From: an uncultured delta proteobacterium
GTDB lineage: Bacteria; Desulfobacterota; Desulfomonilia; UBA1062
Assembly: GCA_963785235.1 (NCBI GenBank)
Contig: CAWAUM010000002.1
Location: 257,308-321,307 of the forward strand
Reading direction: 5' to 3'
DNA length: 64,000 nt
Each line of letters opens with the position of its first letter. Positions within the stretch are counted from its first letter, which is position 1. Positions 10,528-22,488 of this stretch are shown here, piece by piece. The position numbers and the translations under genes were made by a program. The notes under the pieces are model-generated. The model did not search any database and was not told the DNA's origin. It saw only the letters and a program-made list of their open reading frames with translations.

Positions 10528-11773
10528 ATGAAACGACCTGAAATCTTAGCACCGGCAGGCAGTATGGAGACCCTGCAGACCGCCTGCATCTACGGGGCCG
10601 ATGCCGTGTACATGGGCCTGCGTGGAGATACAAGCCTCAGGGCCTTTGCCAGGAACTTCTCGCCGGAGGAGCTTAGAGAGGCAGTGGCCTTTGCCCATGC
10701 AAAAGGGGTGAAGGTCTATCTGGCGCTGAACACGTATCCCCATGATCAGCAGTATGAGGGGCTCCCCGGCCTGGTCCGCTTTGCTGCTCAGGAGGCTCAT
10801 ATCGATGCAGTCATTGTATCAGACATTGGGGTATTGAGTCTGGTAAGACAGCTTTGTCCGAATCTTCATGTCCACCTGAGCACCCAGGCCAATGCCGTGA
10901 GCACCCATGCAGTAAATGCCTGGGCGGCCCTGGGGGTGAACAGGGTGATTCTTGCCCGGGAACTCTCGCGAGAAGAGATCAAGCTTATCAGGAAGAACTA
11001 CGGACATCGAACTTGAAATCTTCATTCATGGCAGTGTGTGTATATCCATCTCCGGCAGGTGCCTTATCAGCAATTACCTGTGCGACCGAGATGCAAATCA
11101 AGGCCAGTGCACCCAGCCATGCAGGTGGGACTATGCCCTTGTGGAAAAAACACGGCCCGGGCAGTATATGCCGCTGACCGAAGAAGATGGATTTACCTCC
11201 CTGTACAACTCGAAAGACCTCTGTCTTCTCCCGGTGTTCGACCAGGTCATGGGTCTTGGCCTTGATGGCATCAAGATCGAGGGCAGAAACAAGGCCCCGT
11301 TGTATGTAGCAACAATCGTTTCGGCCTACAGGAATGCCCGGGATGAGTATATGAGAGATCCTGCTGCATTTTCTGTAAAACCCGAGTGGATCAAGGAGGC
11401 AGGAATGGTAAGCAACCGGGCCTACTTCACCGGGTTCTTCACGGGCAGGCCGGACAGCACGGGCATCAATTATGGCTTTAAGGACTATGAGCAGACGCAT
11501 CACCTCGCAGCCAAGGTCCTTGGGGTTCAAGACGGCATGACGCTCATGGAGGCCCGCAATCCCCTGATTGCAGGAATGGAGCTTGAATGGCTTGCAGCAG
11601 ACGGCACGAGACAAAAATTTATTCTGGAGGGTGCCTTCAGTGAGGGTACCCCCATAGAGCGCATCAGGCCAAGCCAGCTCTTTACCTTAAAGACCCCTTT
11701 TATTCCGGGTCCGGGCGAACTTATTCGCAAGCCTTTCAGCAAGGGTGACAAGGTCATCCAGGGGAAGACTTGA
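10528..11773 (+). CDS. Peptidase U32-family protein (TrhP-like tRNA hydroxylase), frameshift near 11,000
   Basis: PEILAPAG, GADAVY, HLSTQAN and ILARELS, then in a second frame HGSVCISISGRC, QGQCTQPCRW and KIEGR. Confidence 0.85.
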
Positions 11774-13638
11774 TGCCGGCGAGACTCCTTGACGGCCTCA
11801 ACCCGGAGCAGTCACGCGCGGTGAGACATGTGGACGGGCCGCTTCTTATCTTCGCTGGCGCAGGCTCGGGCAAGACCAGGGTCATTGTCCACCGGGTGGC
11901 GCACCTCATTGCGCAGGGTGTGGATGCAAGCCGGATACTCTGCCTCACCTTTACCAACAAGGCAGCCGGCGAGATGAAGGAGCGGCTGAGGTCCCTGCTT
12001 GGAAAACATGATATTGCCCTGTGGGCAGGGACATTTCATTCTTTTGGGGCATGGATGCTTCGGCGCGAAGCGCACCGCATAGGGTATCCTGCAGCGTTCG
12101 TTATTTACGATGAGGCTGACCAGCGCTCGCTCATTGGCAGGTGTCTCAAGGAGTTGAACATTGACCGCGAGCGGGGATGGGATGCCCGCATTGCCTGGCT
12201 TATCGGCATGAGCAAGGATACGGTGCGGCCCATAGACCAGATTCCCTTTGACCTTCACCTTGACCCGGCCCCGGTGGTCAGCCTTTATGAACAGAAAAAA
12301 CAGGTCTGCGGCGCCTTTGACTTTGCAGATCTCATCTATCTCCCCGGGCAGATGCTCGCTGCCATGTCCGACCTTAGTGAGCACTATCACAAGAGGTTCA
12401 CCCATATCCTGGTGGATGAATACCAGGACACCAATATGGCCCAGTACAAGCTTCTCATGCAACTTGTGGGGCCGGGCAGAAACATCTGCGTGGTGGGTGA
12501 TGATGACCAGTCCATCTATGGGTGGAGGGGTGCTGATGTGGGGAATATCCTCAGGTTCAGGGACGACTTTCCCGACTCCCATGTCGTGACGCTGGAGCAG
12601 AACTACCGATCCACCGAAGACATCCTGAAGGCCGCCACATCGTTGATCGCCAACAATTCATGCCGGGCACCAAAGACATTACGCTCTGCTTGCGGGCCTG
12701 GAAGCGATGTAAGCATCATGGAATACAGCGATGATGGTGAGGAGGCGCTCCATACGGCCTATAACATCTCCCGCCTTGTTGATAAGGGCGTAAGCCCATC
12801 TTCCATAGGGGTGTTCTACCGGATCAATGCCTTGTCAAGGGTGTTGGAAGAGGCCTTTGTGAGGCGGGCCATACCCTATGCAGTCTATGGGGGCACAAGA
12901 TTTTATGACCGCAGGGAGATAAAGGACCTGCTTGCATATTTGCGTGTCATCGCCAATCCTGCCGATGGAGAGGCCCTCGCAAGGATCATCAACACCCCGC
13001 CAAGGGGCATGGGGGAAAAGAGCCTGGAGACAGTACAGGGCCTTGCCAGGGCCGAGGGACTAACCTTCTATGATGCTCTGGAAAAGGCGGTCTCAGGCAG
13101 GGTGCTCAAGGGGGCCGCAGCCAAAGGGGCGGTTATCTTCCTTGCCATGATGGAGGAGTTCAAAAGGTTAAGTGCTGTCGCTGATGTAGCTGAGCTGCTC
13201 TCCCGGATCGTGGATCGGACAGCTTATAAAGATTACCTCGGCGGGGATATGGATGGGCAGGACAGGCTCCTGAACGTCCGGGAGCTCATCGCCAGCGTGG
13301 CAGGGATTACCGACTTGACGACCTATCTTCAGGAAAAGGCCCTGATGACAACCATGGACGTGGCCCGAGGTGAAACGGCCAGTGTCATGACCCTGCATAT
13401 GTCCAAGGGGCTCGAGTTTGATCATGTCTTCATAGTCGGGTGTGAAGAGGGCCTGCTGCCCCACTCCCGGTCGTATGATACCACGGAGAACATCGAAGAA
13501 GAGCGGCGGCTCCTGTATGTTGGCATTACAAGGGCGCGCAGACATGTCGTCCTGTCCTGGTCCCGGGTGAGGGCGCTCTATGGCAGGGAGACCTACCAGA
13601 TGCCCTCAGGGTTCCTCCGGGAGATCTCAAATCCCTAG
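11770..13638 (+). CDS. uvrD: UvrD/PcrA DNA helicase
   Basis: AGAGSGKT, TFTNKAA, VDEYQDTN, VGDDDQSIY, LEQNYRS, TLHMSKGLEF and EERRLLYVGITRA. Confidence 0.92.
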   Translation: MMPARLLDGLNPEQSRAVRHVDGPLLIFAGAGSGKTRVIVHRVAHLIAQGVDASRILCLTFTNKAAGEMKERLRSLLGKHDIALWAGTFHSFGAWMLRREAHRIGYPAAFVIYDEADQRSLIGRCLKELNIDRERGWDARIAWLIGMSKDTVRPIDQIPFDLHLDPAPVVSLYEQKKQVCGAFDFADLIYLPGQMLAAMSDLSEHYHKRFTHILVDEYQDTNMAQYKLLMQLVGPGRNICVVGDDDQSIYGWRGADVGNILRFRDDFPDSHVVTLEQNYRSTEDILKAATSLIANNSCRAPKTLRSACGPGSDVSIMEYSDDGEEALHTAYNISRLVDKGVSPSSIGVFYRINALSRVLEEAFVRRAIPYAVYGGTRFYDRREIKDLLAYLRVIANPADGEALARIINTPPRGMGEKSLETVQGLARAEGLTFYDALEKAVSGRVLKGAAAKGAVIFLAMMEEFKRLSAVADVAELLSRIVDRTAYKDYLGGDMDGQDRLLNVRELIASVAGITDLTTYLQEKALMTTMDVARGETASVMTLHMSKGLEFDHVFIVGCEEGLLPHSRSYDTTENIEEERRLLYVGITRARRHVVLSWSRVRALYGRETYQMPSGFLREISNP

Positions 13639-14198
13639 AATTTCACCTGCGGGACAGCAGTCTCCTGTTCAGGTATATCGAAATACTGTGCTTCCTTTAC
13701 ACCTGCCCATGAAGAAAAGAGTACACCTGGGAAGGTCTTTACATATGAATTGAGTTCCCGGACAATGTCGTTGTACCGCTTGCGCTCCACCGCTATGCGG
13801 TTTTCCGTCCCCTCGAGGGAATCCTGGAGCTTCATGAAATTCTCGTTGGACTTGAGTTCAGGGTAGCGCTCCTGGAGTAGCAGCAGCCTGGACAGAGCCT
13901 GCTCCAAACCACCTGCCGCCTTGGCCTTCGCTGCCACATCAGGGGCTGAGAAGTATGCCTTCCTGGCCTCAGCGATCCCTAAGAATATGGATTTTTCCTG
14001 GTTGGCAAAACCCTTGACGGTCTCCATGAGGTTCGGGATGAGATCAAACCGGCGCTTTAGCTGGTTTTCCACCTGCGCCCACTGGGCCGTCACCGCCTCG
14101 TTCATACGGCGGGCCTTGTTGAAGCCGGATATGCCCAATCCTGTAACGAGGATGATAATGACAACAATCCCGATGATTACCTGAGTCGTTTTGCTCAT
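13635..14198 (-). CDS. lemA: LemA family protein
   Basis: QLKRRFDLIPNL, ERYPELKSN and LEGTENRIAVERKRYN. Confidence 0.93.
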   Translation of the reverse strand: MSKTTQVIIGIVVIIILVTGLGISGFNKARRMNEAVTAQWAQVENQLKRRFDLIPNLMETVKGFANQEKSIFLGIAEARKAYFSAPDVAAKAKAAGGLEQALSRLLLLQERYPELKSNENFMKLQDSLEGTENRIAVERKRYNDIVRELNSYVKTFPGVLFSSWAGVKEAQYFDIPEQETAVPQVKF

Positions 14199-14293
14199 AC
14201 AACCTCCTGTCTATCTGCGAGCATGAATGCGTATATATAGAAACGCCCTCTAAAGGGTAGCAGCCTCATAAAGTTTGGCTTCTTGATGCAGCT

Positions 14294-15076
14294 TCACCAT
14301 CCGCCGGACGAGCCCCCTCCTCCGAATCCACCACCTCCACCACCGCCGAAGGAGCCGAATCCTCCCCCGCCAAAGCTGCCGAAACCGCCCGAACTCCCAC
14401 GTCCGCCTCCTCCAAGGAGAGCACCTAGGAGAAGTGCCGGCAGGATACCCCCGGACCGGGAGCGGGAAAGGGAAGAGAGAACGATTACGAATATGATAAA
14501 AAAGAGTAAGGCTCCTATGGGAGAACCATGGGCGCGTCTGCCTGGTTGCTTCACTTCCGGTAATCCGCTGAGCTTTATGCCCTGGGCATCGGCAATGGTG
14601 CGCGCGATGACAGAGGTGGTGTTCATTGTTCCCTTGGTATAATCGCCTGCCTTGAATGCCGGGACAAGGTATGCTCTGCCGATGCTCCCCAGCATACTGT
14701 CGGGTAGAATTTGCTCCAGTCCATACCCGGTTTCAAACCGGTATTTCCTATCCTTGACTGCGATAAGCATGAGCAGGCCGTTGTCCTTGCCCTTCTTTCC
14801 CAGCCCCCATTTCTCCGCCTGCTCAAGGCTGTACTGCTCAATGGGAATGCCTTCGGTACTTGGTACGGTAAGGATGATCATCTGAACGGTCGTCTTCTGC
14901 TCCAACTCCTGCAGTAATCCGGCCAGCTTGCTCCTGGCCCCGTCTTCTATGATGCCGGCATTGTCTACTACATAGGTGGCAGGTTGGCCCTGTGCCGCGA
15001 AGACACCCAGGGGAAAGAGAATGCATGCAAGAAGAAACTTAAACTGCCAGTGCATCTGTGGCCGCACAAAGTTCAT
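14294..15076 (-). CDS. TPM-domain (YgcG-like) protein with Gly-rich tail
   Basis: VVDNAGII, WGLGKKGKDNGLL, ETGYGLE and GGGFGGGGSSGGW end; start uncertain. Confidence 0.88.
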   Translation of the reverse strand: MNFVRPQMHWQFKFLLACILFPLGVFAAQGQPATYVVDNAGIIEDGARSKLAGLLQELEQKTTVQMIILTVPSTEGIPIEQYSLEQAEKWGLGKKGKDNGLLMLIAVKDRKYRFETGYGLEQILPDSMLGSIGRAYLVPAFKAGDYTKGTMNTTSVIARTIADAQGIKLSGLPEVKQPGRRAHGSPIGALLFFIIFVIVLSSLSRSRSGGILPALLLGALLGGGGRGSSGGFGSFGGGGFGSFGGGGGGGFGGGGSSGGW

Positions 15077-15791
15077 GGGTAATCCTGTAGGCCTCTTTGA
15101 AAAGGCCAATTATAGTATTCCGATTAAGGAAAAAACTCCTGTCAGCCTTCAATGCAATGATATCTCGAAGTCCGGCCATAGGAATATGATAGAGGGCCTC
15201 TGCCTCGATCAACACATCCGCCTTTCGAGCAGGAGGCTCCTCTGGGGCCTGGACAAGGAACAGCATGGACCTCAGCAGTGCGAAGAATCCGGGCAGGGCC
15301 TCCAGGAGCAGCGCCTTGATCTCTCTGGTCCTGCCTTCACAGGAGACATAACCGCGCTGCAGGTTGATGAGCTTGCCCTTGAGGTCGCGCTCGCACTGCA
15401 TCCTTAGATGTGCCTTGTCGATGGCAAGCTTGCCGAAATGGTCGGGGCCATAAACCGTCTTGTGAAAGAGTTTGATGTCCAGGAACTCTATGGGGAAGAC
15501 ATCCAGAGAGCGCTTTATGTAATCCTCGGTCATAACGAGAGGGCTATTGATGCGCCTTCTTTTGAACCTTGACATGGAGGCAAGGATATCAAGTTCGGGC
15601 TGATCCGTCTGGGTAAGCACGAGCACGGAATTGATATCAGACTGACCGGGGACGAAGTCGCCTGTAATGCAACTCCCGGTTACACACAGCGACAGGAGTC
15701 TTAAGGAAAATTTTGCCAGCAGCTCCTGGGCAAAGGGCTGGAAGACCACTGCAGCCTCACCAGGGATGCCTTTCAGTTCGAAATCGGCCAT
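15039..15791 (-). CDS. Nucleotidyltransferase-fold protein of the lemA/TPM cluster
   Basis: GS...GDFVPGQSDINS and SLDVFPIEFLDIK motifs. Confidence 0.65.
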   Translation of the reverse strand: MADFELKGIPGEAAVVFQPFAQELLAKFSLRLLSLCVTGSCITGDFVPGQSDINSVLVLTQTDQPELDILASMSRFKRRRINSPLVMTEDYIKRSLDVFPIEFLDIKLFHKTVYGPDHFGKLAIDKAHLRMQCERDLKGKLINLQRGYVSCEGRTREIKALLLEALPGFFALLRSMLFLVQAPEEPPARKADVLIEAEALYHIPMAGLRDIIALKADRSFFLNRNTIIGLFKEAYRITHELCAATDALAV

Positions 15792-16213
15792 GGATAACTC
15801 CTTTGGGATGTGTTGTATCACACGGATGTATTCCATCCAAGCCTGAAGTCTAAAGCATGGGGAAGGGCTCCCTGGCGGCTTATGAATAAAGCTGTAAGCA
15901 CGGCAGAAGGATTTTTTAATAAAAAAAATAGCCAGAAGAAGTTTAGGTTTAAGGACAAAGCACGAGATGTTTTGTCCCCTCTTCTGGCGTAAAGGAGGTC
16001 AGAACAACACTTGTTGTAATTGCATTCATGACACTTAATGCATGCCCGGTCAACAAAAAAATGATTCATTGATCAAACATATGATATTTTGTATGCTGTA
16101 TAATATGTCTTACAATCAGACATCGTAGAGTGGTCCTTGGAGACGAGCGATAATAGGGACTATACTCTGTTTGTGCAGCTATTGAAAGATACACTCAATT
16201 GCGACATCCGAGC

Positions 16214-18637
16214 CTAAAAGGTTTCGTTCTTCAGCCGCATGGCATTGGTAATGACGGACACCGAGCTGAAGCTCATGGCTGCTGCTGCTATCATAGGAGA
16301 CATGATAATCCCGAAGAAAGGATAGAGTATCCCTGCTGCAATGGGTACACACAGGATATTATAGAAAAATGCAAAGAAGAGATTCTGTTTGATATTGCGC
16401 ATGGTTGCCTTGCTCAGGAGCCGTGCCCTGGCAATGGCCCGCAAGTCTCCCTTGATAAGGGTAACATGTGCGCTTGCAATAGCGATATCCGTCCCGCCTC
16501 CCATGGCAATGCCCACGTTTGCTTGAGCAAGGGCCGGTGCGTCATTGATGCCGTCGCCGGCCATGGCAACCTGGCGGCCTTGGCCTTGTAGTTTTTTAAT
16601 TACATCAACTTTTTCCGTAGGCAATACCCCGGCGATGACATCACGGATGCCAAGCTCCTTTGCTATGGCCTGGGCTGCGGATATTCTGTCTCCGGTAAGC
16701 ATGACCAGGTGAAGCCCGTCATTGATAAGCATGTGTACTGCTGATTTGGAGGTTCCCTTAATGGCATCCGAAACCGCGATTACCCCTTGCGCCTTCCCGT
16801 CAACAGCAATGTACATAACGGTTGCACCCTGCTTTGATAGCTGTTCCGCCTGAGGTTGGAGCCATCCGGCTTCAATATGAAGGTCCTGCAGCAGGTGATC
16901 GTTACCTAATGCGACCTCGTGGTTTTCCACAGAGCCAGTAATACCTTTGCCTGTATGAGCTGTGAAACCCGAAGGTGAGGCAACTTGGATACCTCGGCTG
17001 AGGGCAGCTTGTACAATGGCCTGAGACAATGGGTGCTCGCTGCCCTTTTCAATGCTAGCGGCCAGAAAGAGGAGGGTATCCTCATTGAATGCACCGCTTG
17101 GTATGATGGCGTGAAGTGTGGGCTTACCCTGGGTGAGGGTCCCTGTCTTGTCCACAACCACAGTATCCACCTTTTCAAAGGACTGGATGGCCTCGGCATC
17201 CCTGAACAGCACGCCCATATGCGCGCCTTTGCCTGTAGCAACGAGGATGGACATGGGTGTTGCGAGACCCAATGCGCATGGGCAGGCAATTATGAGCACC
17301 GATACAGCCGATACGATGGCATAAGGAAGTCTGGGTTCAGGCCCAAAGATCATCCAGATGATGAAGGAGATGAAAGAGACGGCAAATATTGCAGGGACAA
17401 AGTAGGAGGCCACTACATCAGCAAGCTGTTGGATAGGAGCCCTGCTCCTGCCGGCCTCGATGGTGAGGCGAACGATCTGGGACAACAATGTCTCGCTTCC
17501 AACCTTCTCGGCCTTCATGACAAACGAGCCGTTCCCGTTTACCGTAGCCCCCACAACCTTGTTGCCCATGGTCTTTTCCACCGGTATGGGCTCGCCCGAG
17601 ATCATGGATTCATCAATCGAGCTTGTTCCCTCCATGATGAGACCGTCTGTTGGGACTTTCTCGCCGGGTCTCACCCGCAAGAGGTCGCCAGGGTGGATCA
17701 TCTCCAGGGGTATATCCTCTTCGTAACCGTCCGCCCGTATGATCCTGGCGGTTTTAGGCGCGAGTTTCAAGAGCGCCCTGATGGCGTCGCCTGTCCGGGA
17801 CCGTGCCCCCAGTTCAAGGACCTGACCCAGAAGGACCAGGGTCACGATCATGGCCGATGCCTCAAAATATACCCCCACTGTACCCTCTTTCCCTTTGAGC
17901 GTTGCCGGAAAGAGATCAGGGAAAAGGGTTGCAATAAGGCTATAGCCAAAGGAGACCAAGACCCCGATGCCGATGAGGGTGAACATGTTAAGGTTCCTTG
18001 TTTTTATGGATATCCAGGCGCGAACAAAGAACGGCCATCCGCACCAGAGCACCACCGGGGTAGCCATCAGGAACTCAACCCATACGAAGGCCTGTTCAGA
18101 TGCAATACCCTCAAAGAGATGTCCCGGCAGCATATGCCTCATTGCGATAAGCATGATGGGGATAGTGAGCGCTAGCCCGAAAAAGAACCTCCTCTTCATA
18201 TCGAGGTATTCCGGGTTTTCTTCTTCCTCCAAAGAAGGCGCCATGGGCTCCAGGGCCATACCGCACTTGGGACAGATCCCCGGACCATCCGTGATGATCT
18301 CCGGGTCCATCGGGCATGTATATTTCCCGGTTGCTGATTCTTGCATCATAACCGGTGAAAGCGTTGCTGAAAGGCTTGGATCTGTCAGGCGGTTGATATA
18401 TGTCTGTGGGTCCTTCTTGAATTTTTCCAGACACTTGGGATTACAGAAATAATAGATCGACCCCTTATGTTCATAAGGCATGTATGCTTCCTTGTCAGTG
18501 GTGCGCATCATGCAAACCGGATCAATGTATTCTGCCTGGGCATGTGCAGGAGAACAGTGCGGACAGCTCTTGATAGAAGTCTGGATCTGAATACCTTTGT
18601 CCACGATCTTCATGGGTTTGTCCCGGGGATTATCCAT
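16214..18637 (-). CDS. copA: Cu(I)-translocating P1B-type ATPase with YHS and heavy-metal-binding domains
   Basis: DPVC/YYFC YHS domain, YTCPM..CPKCGM, CPCALG, DKTGT, SEHP, GDGIND, YN and MSFSS motifs. Confidence 0.92.
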   Translation of the reverse strand: MDNPRDKPMKIVDKGIQIQTSIKSCPHCSPAHAQAEYIDPVCMMRTTDKEAYMPYEHKGSIYYFCNPKCLEKFKKDPQTYINRLTDPSLSATLSPVMMQESATGKYTCPMDPEIITDGPGICPKCGMALEPMAPSLEEEENPEYLDMKRRFFFGLALTIPIMLIAMRHMLPGHLFEGIASEQAFVWVEFLMATPVVLWCGWPFFVRAWISIKTRNLNMFTLIGIGVLVSFGYSLIATLFPDLFPATLKGKEGTVGVYFEASAMIVTLVLLGQVLELGARSRTGDAIRALLKLAPKTARIIRADGYEEDIPLEMIHPGDLLRVRPGEKVPTDGLIMEGTSSIDESMISGEPIPVEKTMGNKVVGATVNGNGSFVMKAEKVGSETLLSQIVRLTIEAGRSRAPIQQLADVVASYFVPAIFAVSFISFIIWMIFGPEPRLPYAIVSAVSVLIIACPCALGLATPMSILVATGKGAHMGVLFRDAEAIQSFEKVDTVVVDKTGTLTQGKPTLHAIIPSGAFNEDTLLFLAASIEKGSEHPLSQAIVQAALSRGIQVASPSGFTAHTGKGITGSVENHEVALGNDHLLQDLHIEAGWLQPQAEQLSKQGATVMYIAVDGKAQGVIAVSDAIKGTSKSAVHMLINDGLHLVMLTGDRISAAQAIAKELGIRDVIAGVLPTEKVDVIKKLQGQGRQVAMAGDGINDAPALAQANVGIAMGGGTDIAIASAHVTLIKGDLRAIARARLLSKATMRNIKQNLFFAFFYNILCVPIAAGILYPFFGIIMSPMIAAAAMSFSSVSVITNAMRLKNETF

Positions 18638-18725
18638 TGAATGCCTCCTGCCTGGGTTTTATCACACAAGTGTCGCATTTCTTAGATAAGGCCGTTGATA
18701 AGGGATATCAAGATGTTATACCGCA

Positions 18726-21095
18726 TTAAGTGCCACAGGTGTCTTTACGCTCAGGTTCCTTGCCTAAAGAGTCATCCTCGGCAAAAAATGTTTCGGTCTT
18801 GATGATGTCTTCCATCCGGAGCTTGTCCGGGGAGAAGCTCTCCAGGAGCAGCACAGGAGAAATGGTCCTGCCCTGGTTAAAGGCCAGACGCAGGGTCGTA
18901 GGGTCAGAATATTCAAGATAATCAGCCACGGACAGAGATTTGCCCTCCTTCACTACGCATGCATCAGGCGTGAGCGATAGGGCAAAAGGTTTGAGGGTCC
19001 TGTAAGTATAAGATCGAACCTGCTTCAATTTACCCTCAGCACAGGAGATGACGGATGACCCTGCCGGCAGGTTTGCATCGAGGCGCTCTGATATCTCTTT
19101 GGGATTAACGGGGTGCTTGAGTTCGATGGATACATACTCGCATTTTGATGCGATCCCATAGGAGGTTGGTGGGGTGGTGCTGAGTTTCATAATGGGGCTG
19201 AAGCCCTGGGAGTAGATCGCATCGAGTCCGGCCCTCCGAATGGCCCTCCTGAGCATCTCCTGGAATTCACGGGGAGAGAGAAACCGCAATCCCTCCTCTT
19301 TGGAAAGTCCTATTACATAAGAATACGCGCCGTGGGCTGACCTCTCGTGGAAAAGATGAATTGGCTCGGGTTTTTGCCTTATTATGTTAGTTAGCCCTGC
19401 GGTGCAAACCCCGCACTTGTTGCAGTCCCCGTCCCTGCAGTCGTTGGTGGGTTTTTCGCCATGGGCGCGCATGCGCTCTGCGAGCAGAAAGCCTTTCTCA
19501 ATTCCCATGTCGATAAAGTCCCAGGGCAACGTCTGCTCTGTTTTCCTTGGTCCAAGATATGATGCCGCATCTATCCCGGTCACAGCAAAGGCCTTTTCCC
19601 AGGCTTGCATATTAAGCGTGTCGCCCCATCCGTCCAGATATGCCCCGCCGCGGTGCGCCTCAAGCAGAAGGCGCGAAAGCGTAAGATCACCACGGGCGAA
19701 CACCCCTTCCAACGTTGAAAGCCTCGAGTCATGCCATTTTAACGTGATGCTTCTATGGCGCAGTTGTTTCTGGAGGAGGTTCACTGCCACCTGGTACTTC
19801 TCAGCCGATATCTGTCCCTCCCACTGGAAAGGTGTAAAGGCCTTTGGAATATAACAGGAGATGCTGATGGTGAGGTTTCCTCTGAAGGCTTTGGAAAGAT
19901 TGCGCGACAGTTCGCTGATGGCCTCGATGTCAGCCTCTTGTTCTGTAGGGAGGCCAACCATGAAATAGAGCTTCAGCGATCTCCACCCGAGATCCCGGAT
20001 GAGCGACGCGCTCCTGAACAGGTCTTCTTCTGTGTTGCCCTTGTTGATCACCGCCCTCAGACGCTCAGTGGCGGCCTCGGGTGCCATTGTGAATCCGGGC
20101 TTCTTGACCGAAGCGATGAGGTCGGCCACAGTTCGGGTGATGCCTTCCACCCGCAAAGAGGGGATGCTCACCGATATCTCCCTGGATGGACAATGGACCG
20201 ACTCTATGAGCTCGTTTATGTAGCTCAGGTCGGTCATGGAAAGGGCCATCATGCCCACGATGTCACAACCTGTTGTTGCAAGGCCTTTTCTGTAGGATTC
20301 CAGCACTGATGGATAGGAACGCTCGCGGTAGGGGCGGTAAATCATGCCTGCCTGGCAGAACCTGCATCCTCGCGTACAGCCCCTGGCAACCTCCACGCCG
20401 ATGCGGTCGTGGACGATTCCGATATGCGGCAGCACGGGTGAGCCCGGGAAGGGATAGAGGTCCAGGTCCGGCAACACCCGGCGACGAGGCCGCGTGGGAT
20501 TTCCAGGAAGATACACGCCCTGGATCTCGGAAAAGGCCTGAAGTCGTTCCTTGCGATTTTTTGTAGCCAGGCATATCCTTGCCATCTCCTGCACGATTTC
20601 CTCACCGTCGCCAATCACCACAAGGTCTAAGAAGTCCATAACCGGGGTGGGGTTTGCATAGAATGTTCCACCAGCAATTACGATGGGGTCGGCGTCGCCG
20701 CGCTCGGCTGCAAAAAGAGGGATGCCTGCCATCTTCAGCATGCCGAGCATGGTGGTAAAGGAGAGCTCATATAAAAGGGAAAATCCAACGATGTCGAATT
20801 GCGAAATGGGCCTGCCTTCCTCCAAGCTCGCTAGGGGGATATTATGCCGGGTAAGCTGTTCGGCAAGGTCATGCCAGGGCGCAAAGACACGTTGTGCCCA
20901 GATGCCGGGCATGGAGTTGAGGATGTTATAGAGGATCTTGATGCCCGCATGTGACATACCGATCTCATAGACATCAGGGAATGCCAGGGCAAAGCGAACC
21001 TTGACCTCATCATCTTTCTTGATGACCTGGTTTACTTCACCCCCGATATACCTGGCAGGTTTGGTTATGGATTCAAGCAAATTGAGAATGTTCAT
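18726..21095 (-). CDS. B12-binding radical SAM protein (TIGR03960-like) fused to a TIGR03936/DUF2344-like domain
   Basis: KPARYIGGE, FPDVYEIGMS, RGCTRGCRFC and C-terminal RRAGL..YSQGFSP. Confidence 0.88.
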   Translation of the reverse strand: MNILNLLESITKPARYIGGEVNQVIKKDDEVKVRFALAFPDVYEIGMSHAGIKILYNILNSMPGIWAQRVFAPWHDLAEQLTRHNIPLASLEEGRPISQFDIVGFSLLYELSFTTMLGMLKMAGIPLFAAERGDADPIVIAGGTFYANPTPVMDFLDLVVIGDGEEIVQEMARICLATKNRKERLQAFSEIQGVYLPGNPTRPRRRVLPDLDLYPFPGSPVLPHIGIVHDRIGVEVARGCTRGCRFCQAGMIYRPYRERSYPSVLESYRKGLATTGCDIVGMMALSMTDLSYINELIESVHCPSREISVSIPSLRVEGITRTVADLIASVKKPGFTMAPEAATERLRAVINKGNTEEDLFRSASLIRDLGWRSLKLYFMVGLPTEQEADIEAISELSRNLSKAFRGNLTISISCYIPKAFTPFQWEGQISAEKYQVAVNLLQKQLRHRSITLKWHDSRLSTLEGVFARGDLTLSRLLLEAHRGGAYLDGWGDTLNMQAWEKAFAVTGIDAASYLGPRKTEQTLPWDFIDMGIEKGFLLAERMRAHGEKPTNDCRDGDCNKCGVCTAGLTNIIRQKPEPIHLFHERSAHGAYSYVIGLSKEEGLRFLSPREFQEMLRRAIRRAGLDAIYSQGFSPIMKLSTTPPTSYGIASKCEYVSIELKHPVNPKEISERLDANLPAGSSVISCAEGKLKQVRSYTYRTLKPFALSLTPDACVVKEGKSLSVADYLEYSDPTTLRLAFNQGRTISPVLLLESFSPDKLRMEDIIKTETFFAEDDSLGKEPERKDTCGT

Positions 21096-21241
21096 TATGG
21101 CCTTGGTATCCCCAGCTGAATTTTAGAGTCCCCCAGGGTAGCCACAGATATTCCCAAGAGTCAATGCTGCATTCTCGCCGGACGCATTCATCCTTGCCTG
21201 GCCGTACTGGTCATGATAATGGGGGAAGACAGGAGAAGACA

Positions 21242-21685
21242 ATGTCAGAAGAGAAGCTCACCTTGGGAGAATATTTCAAGAGGGAACGGGAAAGCAAGGG
21301 CATCGATCTTAAAGAGATTGAGGAAAGGACAAAGATCTCTGCCCAGACCCTCATATTTCTCGAGGAAGACCAGCTTGACCTGCTCCCGCCCAGGACCTTT
21401 CTGAGGGGGTTCCTGCGCGTTATCAGCAAAGAGTTCCATTTCGATGAAGAGGAACTCCTGGCTCACCTGGAAGAGACACTGTCATCGCATGAACTTAAAA
21501 ACAAGAAGGCAAAAGTGGTGTCATATCATAATAAACCTGCAATGCCTGTTATCCTGATCATCATTGCGGTCGTGCTGATTGCAGTAGTCATCTTCGCGGT
21601 GGCGCTAAAAAGATGTGGACAGGAGCCACAGGGCGACCAGAAGACCAGCAGTCTTTCCCAGACCTATGCCACCACAGTTATTTGA
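21242..21685 (+). CDS. RodZ-like HTH membrane protein
   Basis: LGEYFKRERESKGIDL...TKI...LP...F.RGF N-terminus followed by one TM helix. Confidence 0.8.
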   Translation: MSEEKLTLGEYFKRERESKGIDLKEIEERTKISAQTLIFLEEDQLDLLPPRTFLRGFLRVISKEFHFDEEELLAHLEETLSSHELKNKKAKVVSYHNKPAMPVILIIIAVVLIAVVIFAVALKRCGQEPQGDQKTSSLSQTYATTVI

Positions 21686-21759
21686 ATTTGTCCTCAAGCC
21701 CCCCTTAAATTTATGAACCGGCTGAACCTTAGCTGAAACAACCCTAAACAGGCCAAAAG

Positions 21760-22477
21760 ATGCCGCGATACACTTCAGAGGCCATCATCCTGCACACAAC
21801 TGATTTTCTGGAATCGGACAAGATCGTGCACGCCCTGACCAGGGAACAGGGACTTATTTCCGCCATCGCCAAGGGCGCACACCGCAGCAAGAAGAGGTTC
21901 CCCGGAACATTGGAGCCTTTCTGCGAGGTGACCCTGGAGGTCTATCAGGGCCGCAGCACCGATCTGCAGCGCATAGAGTCGGCAACCCTGATCAATGCGA
22001 ACCTGGGGATACGCGAGGACCTCTCACTTATTGGATATTCCTGTGTGCTTCTGGAGGTGGTTAAGGAGAATCTCGGGCCATACGATCCATCTCCTGTTAC
22101 CTATGAATGCTTACGCAAGGCCCTTATCGGTCATGGATCCCTGCAGGCAGTGGTTTCCCCTGTGGAGCATCTCCATGGTGAATATCCTGCGCTCACTGGG
22201 GTACGGCATCGATTTTGAGACCCTTGCCCGGGGCGTGGATCACGCAGGCAATGGCAGCTGGTCAGACAGGACCGGCCTTTCTGCAGAGGCCTGCATGTTC
22301 CTGGAGAAGGGTGCCCAGCTGGAGTCCGATGTGCTGGTCAGGATCAATGTGAGCCTTCAGGCCAGGAGGGAGATCACCTCATACCTGCTGCGCCTGTGCT
22401 CCAAGATCTCCGAAAGACCCCTGAAAACAGCCATGTTCCTGGCAAAGCTGCTTGACCTGGATATGAACCAATGCTAG
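21760..22477 (+). CDS. recO: DNA repair protein RecO, frameshift near 22,130
   Basis: [17 protein letters not shown] and [17 protein letters not shown]; lies before glyQ; the C-terminus continues in ORF 21995-22477. Confidence 0.85.
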
Positions 22478-22488
22478 ATGGTGAGACT

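Noticed and set aside
14300-14420. CCN-rich repetitive sequence
   Set aside because: It encodes the Gly-rich tail of the TPM protein and is not an independent repeat.
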